Assembly (NCBI GenBank): GCA_964016885.1 | Contig: OZ024745.1 | Span: 35,030,001-35,094,000 of the forward strand | DNA length: 64,000 nt | Origin: Eledone cirrhosa | Lineage: Eukaryota | Direction: 5' to 3' | Shown: one piece after another, positions 12,637 through 25,068 of the stretch | Layout: each line of letters starts with the position of its first letter | How positions within the stretch are numbered: position 1 is the stretch's first letter | Notes under the pieces: model-generated | What the model was told of the DNA's origin: nothing | Databases searched by the model: none | Seen by the model: the letters and a program-made list of their open reading frames with translations, nothing else | Made by a program: the position numbers and the translations under genes

Positions 12637-13411
12637 TTAATCGTCTTCTTATTTCCTGGTGGCCATAGAGTGGATGCCAGGGATCGTGTTGTTGTTTGTA
12701 CCGTTCAGTTTTTACGTTGACCTCTCGTCGTATGTGGAGCGGTGGAATGCTGGCAAGAGTGTATACGGCTGGAAGGGGAGTTGCTTTTAATGTTCCGGTG
12801 ATCATCCGACATGATTTGTTCACTCTGTTTGCATGACACGACCTTACCCATACTGGTGAACAATATTCTGCGGTGGAGTAGCAGAGTGCCAGTGCTGTTT
12901 GCCTCAGTGTTATGGGATCTGCACGCCAGCTGGTGTTGGTTAGTTTGCTGAGGAGATTATTTCTAGTTGCCAGTTACTTTTAAGTTTGTCTATGTATTGT
13001 TTGAAGGAGAGCGTTCTATCAAGGGCAACTCCGAGGTAAACTGGATAGCCTGGAGCATGCACAATCGGCGGCTTACAGGTTGGAAAAGTGGAGGGAGAGT
13101 GACCGCCGCCCACCCAACGCGGCCTTACCAAGCCCAAATGAAAGCCTCCCCAATGGAACATCTCTTAGCAGAAAGGACTGGGTAACCCTAAACAGGGCCA
13201 GAGCCAAAACGGGCAAAACTGGAGACAACCTCCACAAGTGGGGATTGGCCACTTGCGTTGAGTGCCCCTGCGGCGAGACCTCTCAGACCATAACTCACAT
13301 CCTCCGTGGGTGCTCACTGGGACCCACATGCTCCGACCAAGACCTGATGGAAGCAAACGACGCTGCACTTCAATGGATACGGCACTGGCGCGACATGATA
13401 TGATGATGATG
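12637..13411 (+). mobile_element. 5'-truncated, 5'-inverted LINE (Ingi/Vingi-like)
   Basis: About 12637-13079 on minus encodes YPVYLGVALDRTL..TALALCYSTAEYCSPVW..CRMITGTLKATP..HPLYGHQEIRRRLK. 13080-13403 on plus encodes WVTLNRAR..KWGL..CPCG..QTITHILRGC. There is a (TGA)n tail and a TSD actatcatatt/actttcatatt (12626-12636, 13412-13422). Confidence 0.85.
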
Positions 13412-13639
13412 ACTTTCATATTGGCGAATTTCATTTTCTTTCAGTTTCGTTTCATTATCGATCATATATACGCTTCTCGTATTGTTATAGAAAATCCAAC
13501 TCGATTTCTGTGGGGAAAAAAAAAATATATATATTTTCTTTTTTTTTTTCGTGTGCTATCAATTAATGAAGCCTCCAAGATGCCAGCAATCCCGGAGAAC
13601 AGAGGGGGGTGTGATGCCCCCCCCCCCCCCCATAATGGA

Positions 13640-13757
13640 AACTCTAACTCTAACCCTAACCCTAACCTTAAACTTAACCCTAAACCTAACCCTGAAACTA
13701 ACCATAAAACTAACCCTAAAACTAACCTTAAACCTAACCCTAAACCTAACCCTAAAA
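13640..13757. repeat. Degenerate (CCCTAA)n telomere-like array inside an interspersed element
   Basis: aaccctaac/aacctaa units. A paralogous array is at about 15400-15530. Confidence 0.85.
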
Positions 13758-13807
13758 CTGAAAGGAATATAGTATTCTCCATCAGCACCCCCACCATCAT
13801 CATCACC

Positions 13808-13990
13808 GAATTGACAGAATCGGTAGAGAGTCGGACGCCATGCTTTCCAGCATAGTTACGTCCCTTTACGATCTGAGTTCAAATCCCGCCGAGGTTCACT
13901 TTGCCTTTTATTCTTACGGAGTCGATAAAATAAAGTACCAGTAATGTACTAGGTATTTGCTGGCCTTGTGCAAAAAAGTAGAAACAATTA
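13808..13990 (+). mobile_element. tRNA-derived SINE
   Basis: A-box-like tgacagaatcgg, B-box gagttcaaatccc, and the shared central domain. Confidence 0.8.
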
Positions 13991-14185
13991 TATTTCGGAA
14001 TACTTTTTTAATAAATCTTGAGCTCTTTCTTTTCTTACTATCATGTGTTTTTAATATTCTGTGTTAGTATATTGAGCTTGTTGGGGTTCTAGAAAGTTCT
14101 AATCCTGATTAATGGTATTGTGAATGTTTACTGACCATGCGTTCACCAAACAGTTAGATCTGATTTCCTGGAATTGATTTTCATT

Positions 14186-15170
14186 TTAAAATAATAATAA
14201 TAATAATGAAATTATTGTGTACAGTGCTCAGGTGCACTGCAACTCATCAAAGGTGCATGTATAGTATATAGAATAATGTAATGTACAAATGTCAGGAAAA
14301 TGAACAGTGTATGAGTCATGATATAATAACAATAACAATAATGAAATATTGTGTACAGTGCCCAGGTGCACCACAACTCATCAAAAAAGTGCATGTACAG
14401 TACATAGGGCAATGCACAAACATCAGTAAAATGAACAGTGCACGAGTCATGATACACACATGTGTGCATGTGTATGGAAGGGGTACATCAGGTGTAGTTT
14501 TGGCGTATTTCGGGAAGCATGAGTGTCTTAAAGGATGCAGTGTCTCGGCAGCTAACAATTGACGCAGGCAGTTTGTTCCATGCTTCAGCAACTCCGAGCG
14601 TGAAAAAATGTCTGCGAAAGTCATGGGAGCTGTGCTGTTTTCTTATCTTGTAGGCATGTCCACGTGTGTTAGACACATGGAGATCAAAGAGGCGCTCAGG
14701 GTTGCAGTTGGCGAGATGGTTAAAAACTTTGTGGGTATTCACCAAGTCCATTGCCAGACGTCGGAGCTTCAATGAATCCATGCCCAGGGAAGCAAGGCGT
14801 TCAGAGTATGGTAGGTGTCTGATGGAGGGTATGCGCTTGGTTGCACGTCTCTGAACAGTTTCCAGGAGGTCAATGTTCCGAGCAAGATAGGGGTTCCAGA
14901 CTGATGATGCGAATTCCAAGTGTGGTCGCACCATAGCTGTATACAGTTTTAAATAGATGGCTGGAGAGCGGCTAACAAAGGTCTTGCTGAGTGATGCCAA
15001 GACACCCTCGGCCTTCTTGACAATCTTAGAGACATGCTTTGTCCAACGCAAATCGTTGCTGACAGTAATGCCCAGGTCACGTTCACAAGAGGACTTTTTG
15101 ATGTCAGTGTTGTGGAGGGAGTATGTGGACGCTGGATTTTTCCTTCCAAAATGCATGGTGGTACACTTGG
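14186..15170 (-). mobile_element. 5'-truncated CR1/L2-group LINE (RT C-terminus, 3' UTR, (TTA)n tail)
   Basis: ORF 14488-15180 contains ERDLGITVSNDLRW, LYTAMVRPHLEFASSVWNP, LETVQRRATK, TRGHAYK, FFTLGVAEAWNKLP. TSD tgattttcatt/tgactttcatt (14175-14185, 15171-15181). Confidence 0.9.
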
Positions 15171-15337
15171 TGACTTTCATTCTCTTTCAGTTTCGTTTCA
15201 TTATCGACAGTATATACGTTTCTGGTATTGTTATAGAACACCCGACTCGATTTCAGTGGGGAAAACATTTTTTTTCTTTTTCCGTGTGCTATCTATTAAT
15301 TAATAATCTAACCTTCAAGATGCTGGTAATCAACTTT

Positions 15338-15574
15338 CCCGGAGAATGGAGGGGGTGTGGTGCCTCCCCCGGATAACTCCCGGTAAACAGAAACTTTAAA
15401 CCTATCCCTAACCCTAACCCTAACCCTAAACCTAAAACTAACCCTAAACCTAACCCTAACACTAACTCTAAAACTAACCGTAACTCTAAACCTTAACTCT
15501 AACCCTAACTCTAAAACTAACTGTAACTGTAAATTCCGAGGAGGGAAAACACCCCACCCGCTCCGTTTTCCGGG
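15338..15574. mobile_element. Non-autonomous element with inverted ends around a (CCCTAA)n-like array
   Basis: cccggagaatggagggggtgtggtg at the left end pairs imperfectly with caccccacccgctccgttttccggg at the right end. Confidence 0.6.
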
Positions 15575-15686
15575 TGTTGCATTAGGTGTTGTTTTCTCTC
15601 TAGTTAGTGGCCCTTGATGTTTCTATAGATTTTCAGCCTTTTGTGACTAAAGTTCGTATGAAATATATTCAAGTTAATTATACAAA

Positions 15687-16164
15687 CTAGCAGAAAAACC
15701 ACCTTTCGGGTGGTTTTCTGCTAGCATGTATAGTGTGCATATTGATATTATACGCAAGTATATATGTATGTAGATATGATACATCAAATAAAATCGTAAT
15801 TCACAATATACACAGAAATTGAACGAAGACTGCGTTACATTGTCTTATGTAATCAGTAACGTAATCCATGATACATTAAAAAAACACGATATTATATATA
15901 TGCATTAGGAGAAAATTAGTGACGGAAATATATGAATTTTTATTTAAGCGATCGCTAACCGGAAGTGTTGAAAATTTTAAAGAAGTGAATCTTAAAATAA
16001 GTCACAAAATTATTTATATTTAATCAAGAATAACGAAATTTAGTAGATAAATTATGTAATATTCATTGATTATTTATTCAAAGTAATCCAACTTATTTTA
16101 CAAACGGGATAAAAAAATATATTCTGGACGCAGTCCCGCACTCCTTACTTTATTATAGTGTAGA
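15687..16164 (-). mobile_element. Non-autonomous Helitron
   Basis: Minus strand starts A|TCTACACTATAATAAA and ends with hairpin ccacccgaaaggtgg plus tttttctgCTAG|T. Confidence 0.75.
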
Positions 16165-16539
16165 TTTGTATGAAGCTGCAATCCTTTTAATGTTCAGTAA
16201 TTTGCCTCACTGGAGTTCTCTGCCTTGGTAGATGCCTAGTTAACCTAATAGTAGCGCCGTCCCCCACCATATCAGAGTACTTATTCACGTATATGGAGCA
16301 GAACAACTTGTGAACAGAAAAGATGGGTCCTTTGGGGGCCAGCAAATAAATCAATAAATAAATAAACAGAGATGGAAGTCCTTATGCAGGTGTCCAAATA
16401 TTTCAGCTCATAGCACTTCCAATGATACTACACGAGCTGGCAAAAGAGAATGCAAGGATACTTCTAGCCATGTGCCGGCGAAGACATCAACTTTATAAAC
16501 TGTGAGAAATGTTATTATTATTAATGGTGAAGCGAAGGG

Positions 16540-16755
16540 TGGTGTATTGGCATTATCAGTAGAGCGTCGGACAACATCCTTCGCGGCATAGATTTACGTC
16601 TCTTTACGTTCTGATTTCAAATCTTACCGAGGTTAACTTTACATTTCATCCTTACGGGGGTTGACAAAATAAAGTACCAGTAACGCACTGGAGTCGATTT
16701 AATTCGACCTTTTCCCTCCCTCAAAATTGTTGGCCTAGTGCCTAAATCAGAAACG
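16540..16755 (+). mobile_element. tRNA-derived SINE
   Basis: Same family as 483-640. Confidence 0.75.
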
Positions 16756-17509
16756 TTATTAATGGTAAAGTGGCTACAGATATACTCGATGGTGTGAACC
16801 AAGAAAATATAACCCTTTTGGCAACAAACCGCATGAAACTACTTCTGTGCAAACAATCTATGTAATAATACAATCTTTATAATGGAAAAGTATTTATAAG
16901 ACTAAATCAATCTAAATTGTTGATTGGTTTCAAAGTAATTTGGAAATCATAAGCAGTGTCTCTTATTACAAATTTGGTAAAGAAAGATTAAAATATACAA
17001 ATTACAATCACTGCAATAAAAACAATAGTACCTTCATCATTCTAATGCAGGGGAGACAACTACGTAATTTAGCTACGTTGTCACAACCAACAAATTGAAA
17101 TTTTGTCGTTGGTTCAGCTTCGTGTGAAGCTTTTCCGTATTCGTTGGTATTCACCATAATTGATAGAAAGAATCAATGAACCTCAGGGGAATAATAATAA
17201 TAAATAAAATGTATGAAATCAGGGTCAAATAAGGAATTTTACTTGTAGCATTAATTAGATTTTACGTGGATTAAACAAAAAAATTATCTTTAATTTTACT
17301 CAACCTTATTTTATAATTTTTCACAGTTGCATAAATAACATTACAAATTGTTCACAATTCTTTCAGAATGAAAATATAAACACAAATATAAACACATATA
17401 ATAAATACAATTAACTGTTGCTAGGAACCTCATAAATACAATACAACAAAATATACGATCAAAGCGAGAGAAAGAAAAAAAAAAAGAAACAAAAACAAAA
17501 ACAAAAACG

Positions 17510-17890
17510 ACCATCAATTTACTGTCAAATGTGGAACATATTTAAGCAAACCAATACACTCGCAGGGCGATGGCGAGGCTAAGGTGCTGAAACAACCAAG
17601 CATCCTCACGGGTATCACCTGACACTTCGGTAAGGTGAGCTGCCAGCGATGACAAGAACTTCACTGTCAACGGCCCAATTCCACCAAACGTTTCGAACGC
17701 CACAGGCTGGAAAAACAATCATCAGATAGATGCAGGTATTTCTGAATTTATGACCCCCACATTTACCATGACATTCATGGGACAGAGAGTTAAGGCTGTC
17801 TGGTCTCTTCCCATCACTTCTGGATAATCCAGCCGGCTCCCGAACTGAAGGGATATTTACCCGAGCTAGGGCCCGCTTAATAATATGCAA
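17510..17890 (-). mobile_element. CRE-clade non-LTR retrotransposon fragment (restriction-like endonuclease region)
   Basis: IIKRALARVNIPSVREPAGLSRSDGKRPD matches the EP..L...DG.RPD motif of CRE-type RLE domains. It is frameshifted downstream. Confidence 0.7.
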
Positions 17891-18384
17891 ATAGTTTTGA
17901 TTTTGTCTTGTGTTGTTGTCTTTTTTAAAATGAATAATAAAGATCTTGAGATAAAATTTATATCTTTACGTTTATATATGGTATAAAAAAATTTAAATTC
18001 TAAAAATAAGGTTTAAATAAGGTTTAAAACTAAAAAGTTTAAAATCTAAAAAATTGTCCTAGTAATTACATTTACGACCCTACAAAGTTGAAGCCAGAAC
18101 AAAAGCATTGACAATGTTACGTTTTAAAAAGGAATGTTTTCTTAAGTTCCCGTCACTGATATACATCTATAGCAAAACATTGTGTAACTGTAACTGTAAT
18201 TCAAAGGGGCCAGTCTTATCACACACTGTGTGGCACTAAGTTTCCCTGAAGATTACACGTATCGGTGGAATGCTCAGCCACTTTCAGTTTTTCAAACATC
18301 CGAAACACTCGTCATCTGAAACGATGGAGGGCGAATAGCAGTGATCATTGCTCAAGATATTTTAGCTTCGTCGTAAGCTTGTGT

Positions 18385-18416
18385 ATGTGTGAGAGGGAGA
18401 GAGAGAGGGAGAGAGA

Positions 18417-18468
<52 letters not shown>

Positions 18469-18546
18469 AGTAGAGAGGGAGAGAGAGGTAGAGAGAAAGA
18501 GATAGATACATAGATAGATAGATAGATAGAGAGAGAGTGAGAGAGC

Positions 18547-18609
<63 letters not shown>

Positions 18610-18610
18610 G
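18385..18610. repeat. Compound (GA)n/(GATA)n/(TA)n microsatellite
   Basis: Direct reading. Confidence 0.95.
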
Positions 18611-19475
18611 GTGGATGGGTGGGGGTGAGGGTTGTCTCTAGTATTTGATTAGTCAATAGTTTTATTTTTCCCATTGTTAAATGTAGCAGGTTAGTCAATT
18701 GAATTTAGGAATGTTTGTTGCATGCCCATCCTTCGAGAAAATTCCATTTTCAGAATAACGTCATGGGGAATAACTGCTGCGTAAAGACTAGTATCTTCAT
18801 TTATAACTCTGTAAACTCTAGCATTAGACTTCAACAATTTTGCAGTAATATTTAACATAGTTTTATGACAATAGTATTTGGATAGGAGGAGGCGAAGCGG
18901 CAGAATTGTTAGAACGTCGGATAGAATGCATTACAGTATTTATTCCAGTACTCAAAGTTCTGAGATGAACTCCCGCAGGATTAAAATACTAAAGACATGC
19001 CGTATGTCACTATGATCATCCCATGACTCCATAAGAGATTACGATTCCATACATATATTTGAATAGATGTATTATGATGTACTTGGTATACCTAGAATGT
19101 AATGGAATATACATTTGTCGGCTCCAATGTAAAGTATTCTAGTTGTTCAATTACCCGAAACAGTCTGTTCTTGAAATGTGTATGTGACTTAGCATTCTAA
19201 ATACAAATGTTTCCTTAGTGTAATTCTCTGGGAAATTCAATGTGACACAGTGTGTGACGTGCTGAGCCTATGAATTACAGGCACAGTCTGCCCAGGTTCC
19301 GCCTACCTAATTCATTCTAAAGCTTGTGTCGACCCGAAGCTATGGTAAATGACACTTGTTCATTAAATAATAATAATAATGAAAATTATTGTTTAGAGTG
19401 CTGCCACGCAATAGGATCGAAACTGGGATTTTATGATTGCGAAGTGAACTTTAATCATCTGGCTATGCCTACGTC

Positions 19476-19761
19476 CAAGGGCCTTGTTTCACGGGGGTAC
19501 CATGGGACAAGTCCCCCGCCACCTTTTCAGGAATGGGGAACAAACCATCTTTTATTTTTTGTTTATTTGATATAATAAATTTTTTTAAGCTTATTTTTTT
19601 ATATCTGAACTTCATTTGAATATATAAAATTTGATTAGCGTAACATTTTACTTATGTGATAGGGTCTGGGAAAGGCACCATAAGCAATTTATGCTCCTTT
19701 AAGAATCAACAAATGTTGGCTCGTCTCCCCCCCACATTTTAAGGAGCGAACAAGGCCCCTG
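19476..19761. mobile_element. hAT-type MITE
   Basis: TIRs caagggccttgtt / aacaaggcccctg. 8-bp TSD cctacgtc/cctacgtt. Confidence 0.8.
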
Positions 19762-20049
19762 CCTACGTTCACTCATATAGGTGATAGTTAAACATCTGTT
19801 TATGTAATAAATTAGGATACAAAGAGCGAACTTATGCATGCATAAGGGAAATAACTCTATCTTTTACAAAATCAAGAGTTATATATCTTGTCTATAGAAA
19901 TCTGTGTTCTCAATGATATATATTTTTTTCATTTTTGTTAATTTTTAGTTTTTACTTTTAAATTTAATGTTTTATTCTAATTCATTTTAATTATATTTAT
20001 ATGGTAGAGAACAGCCGAAAGGTCTTCCAGGCAAGCTAGGTTGTTTGTG

Positions 20050-20290
20050 AAAAATCAGCTGTCCACCATGCATACCAGTCTCCCCCCTCTACGCTACCGA
20101 TATTGTCCAAGGGAAAGACAAAGGCCGATACAGCTTGGAACCAGTGACACCACAATTCATTTCTACAGCTGAGTGAACTGGAGCAACGTGAAATAAAGTG
20201 TATTGCTCAAGAACACAACATGCAGCCCGGTCCAGGAATCGAACTCACGGTTATAAGCCCGACGCTCTAAGCTCTAAATCCATACGGCTT
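20050..20290 (-). mobile_element. tRNA-derived SINE, second family
   Basis: Shares ctggagcaacgtgaaataaagtgt..gctcaag with 20810-21080, about 2650, 4300 and 8640. Confidence 0.7.
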
Positions 20291-20479
20291 CACCTGTTAA
20301 TATAATCGTGTCCATATATAATATTTTGGGCTTAAATTTCCGGGTTAGTGCATCGATACATAATACATAAAACAAATTTAGTTTAGGCGGAACGACCAAA
20401 TAACAAATTAAATCGCCTCGTGGTCCCAGCAGACAGAATGGAGAAGACGTTGCCCAGGAAGATGACGAGGGAGACGCAC

Positions 20480-20764
20480 TGGAACATACTTTACGATATT
20501 GCTGAAAGCAGCATGGCGTGGAAGACGGCCGACCCCTAGGAAAATATCAATGCGCAAACTGCCGCTGTCCAGCTGAGTACTATTCGAGAATAATGGTGCA
20601 GTGTTAAGTCAGACACCTCTATGGGGTTGGGAGGCCAAGCGAAAATATGCCAGACAGTGCTGGTCAAGCTTGCGCACCAACCTGTCCGAGTGCACCGGAT
20701 GGCATCCCATTTGTTTTGGGGTAACTGGAGGGGAAAAGCGGATGGACGTCTACAATGGACATCT

Positions 20765-20765
<1 letters not shown>
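20480..20765 (+). mobile_element. Degenerate RTE-like LINE 3' fragment
   Basis: GC-rich. Remnants such as LLKAAW and ASHLFWGNWRG resemble the RTE C-terminus at 28106-28531. It ends in (TA)n. Confidence 0.4.
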
Positions 20766-20806
<41 letters not shown>

Positions 20807-20809
20807 TCA

Positions 20810-21080
20810 AAAGTCTGTTTTAAGCCAGAAGGCTCATTTGGCCGGTGCTTATCCCGGTTTCATGGCGTGAAGCGACTGAGAGTACAAGACGCCCCCCTGG
20901 ATAGGACGCCAGTCCATCGCAGGGTTAAACCTATTGCTGGTACTCATTTTCAGCTGAGTAAACTGGAGCAACGGGAAATAAAGTGTCTTGCTCAAGGAAA
21001 CAACACACCACCCGGTCCGAGAATTGAACTCACAACCTTTCGATTGCAAGCCTAATGCTCTAACCACTAAGCTATGCACC
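20810..21080 (-). mobile_element. tRNA-derived SINE with a clear pol III head
   Basis: Minus strand has A-box TAGCTTAGTGG and B-box GAGTTCAATTC, then ccttgagcaagacactttattt. Confidence 0.8.
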
Positions 21081-21160
<80 letters not shown>

Positions 21161-22178
21161 CATATATAAAACTGAGGATGTCTGTCTGTGTGTGTGAGTT
21201 TGAATCCCTAAAACTCGAGAACCACTCAACCGACTGTTTTCAAACTTTACACATGTAATACTTATGTTTCAGGGACCGCATTAGACGATTTAGCGATCTC
21301 TCTCTATAATTCTTAGTCTCTTTTTAGATAGATACATACATATAACGTCGCTCCCTTATTATATCTGTCTGTATGTTTGCATTACGTCACCTCCTACAAT
21401 TCCATCTGCGTCCAGAAAACGCCCTTATAATATCTGTCTGTATGTCTGGCTGTCTGCTTCCTCCGGTTATTTTGCCACCCTTGCTCAAGACAAATCTCAC
21501 ACTCATTCCCCAAACAGTTGGTAAGTGCACACAACTTCTTCCTCACGTTTTAAGCCACGGTGTTGCTTACTTACGTACCACCAGACCCTTATTTCTTTGC
21601 CAGCCGTGGTTGTGGCAATACTAAGCTTAGCTAAGGTGGTTATATATTTCACACAACACTAAAAATGAAAGCCGGTAACTATGTATTAGTCAGTCTCTTC
21701 TTCATACCGTGAGCAAAGAAAATCCAACTTTTAGTGGAATACTAATTGCATCAGAGTATTCGGTTTATTTTCTTTACATATTGTCCAGGCATGCAGTTTT
21801 CCCACGATTAGGTCTGTTGGCGGCTCGCGTTATGTTTCAGGGAGTGTTATGCACATAAAAAATTCAACTTTTTGATCCCCTAGAGCCCGCATTAGGTGAA
21901 AAACTCCGTTTTTTCAGCTTTTTAGGGGTATTTTGAGGCGTTACGTCTAGCCGATTTTCCCGAAATTTCAAGGCATATCATGCTCGATGCCCAAGGTGAA
22001 AACCTGCATTTTTCCTGCTTCACCAAGGAAAATTTTAAAGATTATCCAGCCATCAGAATATTCTGTTTATTTTCTTTACATATTGTCGAGGCATGCAGTT
22101 TTTCCACGATTACGTACGTCTGTTGGCGGCCCGCGTTCCCAAATACCTTATCCCGTGCAACGCCGGGTACCACTGCTA

Positions 22179-22179
<1 letters not shown>
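21161..22179 (+). mobile_element. Non-autonomous Helitron
   Basis: 5' end atatataaaactg..gtctgtctgt is shared with 34010. 3' end is cccgtgcaacgccgggtaccactgCTAG|T. There is an internal duplication at about 21749-21830 vs 22050-22140. Confidence 0.75.
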
Positions 22180-22227
<48 letters not shown>

Positions 22228-22338
22228 TTGTATGTCACCCATTCTTCTTTCCTTGAATAGCATCTCTTCTATATTTCTATCTATAATTACATAAGTACAT
22301 TCAACATAAATATATTATGAATTGGCAATTTTAATCCA

Positions 22339-22580
<242 letters not shown>

Positions 22581-22689
22581 TATACACATATATATATATA
22601 ACATACATAGCTGTTCTGCTAGAGAATGGGTTGTAGGAGGAGGATAGTAATGCGGTCACCTGATATGATGGTTAGTTGCGATATATGCA

Positions 22690-23200
22690 GGCTCCTGGCG
22701 GATGAAGAAACGTCCAAAGTTAAGACTTGCGAGGACTTTAGGGTGAAGCTGGAATCCGACTTCATATCAGTAAATAAAGTATTTTGGCGGACCATCGGCA
22801 AACTCCTGCTATCAGGAAAGTGTTTGGAGTTATCCTCTTTTTAGAGAGGTGCATCCTCGCGAGATGGAGAGAATACTTTGTTGATCTCCTAAATCCGGTC
22901 ACCACAGCATCTAATGATGTACACGAGGAGCATCTGAGGACGATGACCAACCTTTCGGAGGCTGAGGTCATAAGAGCAATTAAAGAGCTCAAATGTGGCA
23001 AGGCCTCTGGGCAGGATGAAATTCGGCCTGAGATTGTAAAAGCTTTAAATGGAGACGGTGTTCGTTAGCTGATTCGTGTGTACCGTCTGGCCTGGATTTC
23101 CGGAAAGACAACTAAGCAATATTTCGCAGAACTTAAAAAGGCATGTGACAGCGTTCCGCGGGACATGTTGTGGAAGGTTGTGAAGGAGTATTGGATCGAT
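22690..23200 (+). mobile_element. RTE-clade LINE fragment (pre-RT region)
   Basis: ILARWREYFVDLLNP..EVIRAIKELKCGKASGQDEIRPEIVKAL, with stops downstream. Confidence 0.85.
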
Positions 23201-24124
23201 GACAAATAGAATTACTTGAGAAAACAGTGGGTTAGGTATATACTATAATGATGATGATAGAGTTGAAATAGGAATTAATTAGTGTGAGGTTATGATAAAT
23301 AGAAAATAACTTATGTGGCTAGGTGAGTGTGTATCAATTGGTGGAGGTGGATAAAATATTTAGTCGATACTGGAATTACAAACAATGGTATGGTACATGA
23401 GATGTTGATGATGCTAAAGTTGAAATTAGTGAAAGTATAGTGATAATATGATAGATTAATGATGAAGATAGTAGTCAAGGAAAATATGAAAATATATATA
23501 TATATATATATTCATGCACACTCACATCCGTTTTTTCAAAATATAAAAATAATTGTTTCTACTTTTGGCACAAGGTCAGCAACTACCCAGTGCATTACTG
23601 GTACTTTATTTTATCGACTCCGTAAGGATGAAAGGCAAAGTAAACCTCGGCGGGATTTGAACTCAATAAAAATAATGTTAAACTATGAGAATCTTTGGAA
23701 GAAATTGACATACAAAATATATTGTTTTAGTGAGTCAAGCATTCACTGGCTCTTCTAAATAGGCCAGACTGAATCGGTTGATATTCACTTATGATATGTG
23801 AGATCATGTATGAAGATGACATGAGAAGGGTTGGGTTGAGTAATCTACGGGATACCATCACCGTAAGACGGTGGAAGATGCTCACCACGTGCTGTGAATA
23901 CCCTTGAAAAGACTAGTGAGCCCCTTTCAAGTGGAAGATTGGTGAGGGTGGAGGGATTAGAGGTAGACTAGACCTGTCAAGACCTAGTTGTGGTCTGCGG
24001 TGGAGGATTTAGCCTAGTCGGTGAGTAGGCTCTCGGCTGTGGTGAGTGGAGATCTCTTGTCACTCAATGCTCCGTGGGGACAAGGAAGACCTAATTGACT
24101 AGCTAACTAACTGACTGTTTAACT

Positions 24125-24438
24125 CAGATGTTCTCAAACTCTTTGGGCCGCCGTCCCCCTTCACGGCCACGTATTACCCTCAGCGCTCCCAACCCTATTT
24201 CCAGAAAGACCTGCCTACACGCAAATTGTAAATAATTAACAAAATCGTAAATAATATAATATATACTATGTATAAATAAACATTTTTTTATTTTACTACA
24301 TTTATATATAACATGTATCATTTGATATTTAATATACTATTATATAATCTCTACCCCCCTCCCCCCCAGCGCCCCTGGACCTTCTAAACATCCCCTGGGG
24401 GTGGGGGGTGGGGGCAGCGCTCACTTTGAGAACCTTTG
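24125..24438. mobile_element. hAT (Charlie-like) MITE
   Basis: TIRs cagatgttctcaaa / tttgagaacctttg. Perfect 8-bp TSD gtttaact (24117-24124, 24439-24446). Confidence 0.85.
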
Positions 24439-25011
24439 GTTTAACTGATTGACTGGCTATGTCGATATCTTCAAGAAAGATTTTGGCAAGATTGGAATTT
24501 CTGGGAGTTAACTTCATACAGAGAAAGTATTTAGTATATTATTTAGTGTGGAATGTACGAGACACGTTATGTCTCGGGGAAAATGATTGACTTATTTGAG
24601 GTTTCTTTCATTCAGATCGCACTGAGACAGACAAAAGTGTCTGGGCGAGGTAGCATTCAATCAGTTGGCTCTGACGAACAGAGGCCATTGTAGTAACGAT
24701 ATATAGACAACCTGAAGAGAGCGTGTCTGTGAACCAGGGGTTGTAACATTTTGGCGTGTCTTTGTTATTATATCAAATGACTATCTTTTGGAAGAAAGTT
24801 CGTGTGTAACAGTCACATCATCGAAGATGAGTGTGTAACATTTTGTTGCGTGATTGTATGAGTGTGCGTGTGTACGTGAGTATGTTATGTGTGCGTGGTG
24901 CGTGAATATGTGTATGTGTGTGTGTGTGTGTGAAAGAAATAGAGAAAGAAAGTAAGAGAAAGAAAGAAAAAGAGAAAGAGAGTGTGAGAGAGAGAGGATG
25001 AGAGAGAGAGA

Positions 25012-25068
<57 letters not shown>

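Noticed and set aside
21010-21080. tRNA gene
   Set aside because: The A and B boxes run into a SINE body with no acceptor stem or terminator, so it is a SINE head.
24705-24745. acaacCTGAAGA..gttgt hammerhead-like motif (also about 45170 and 60285)
   Set aside because: GAAA and the stems are too decayed to call.
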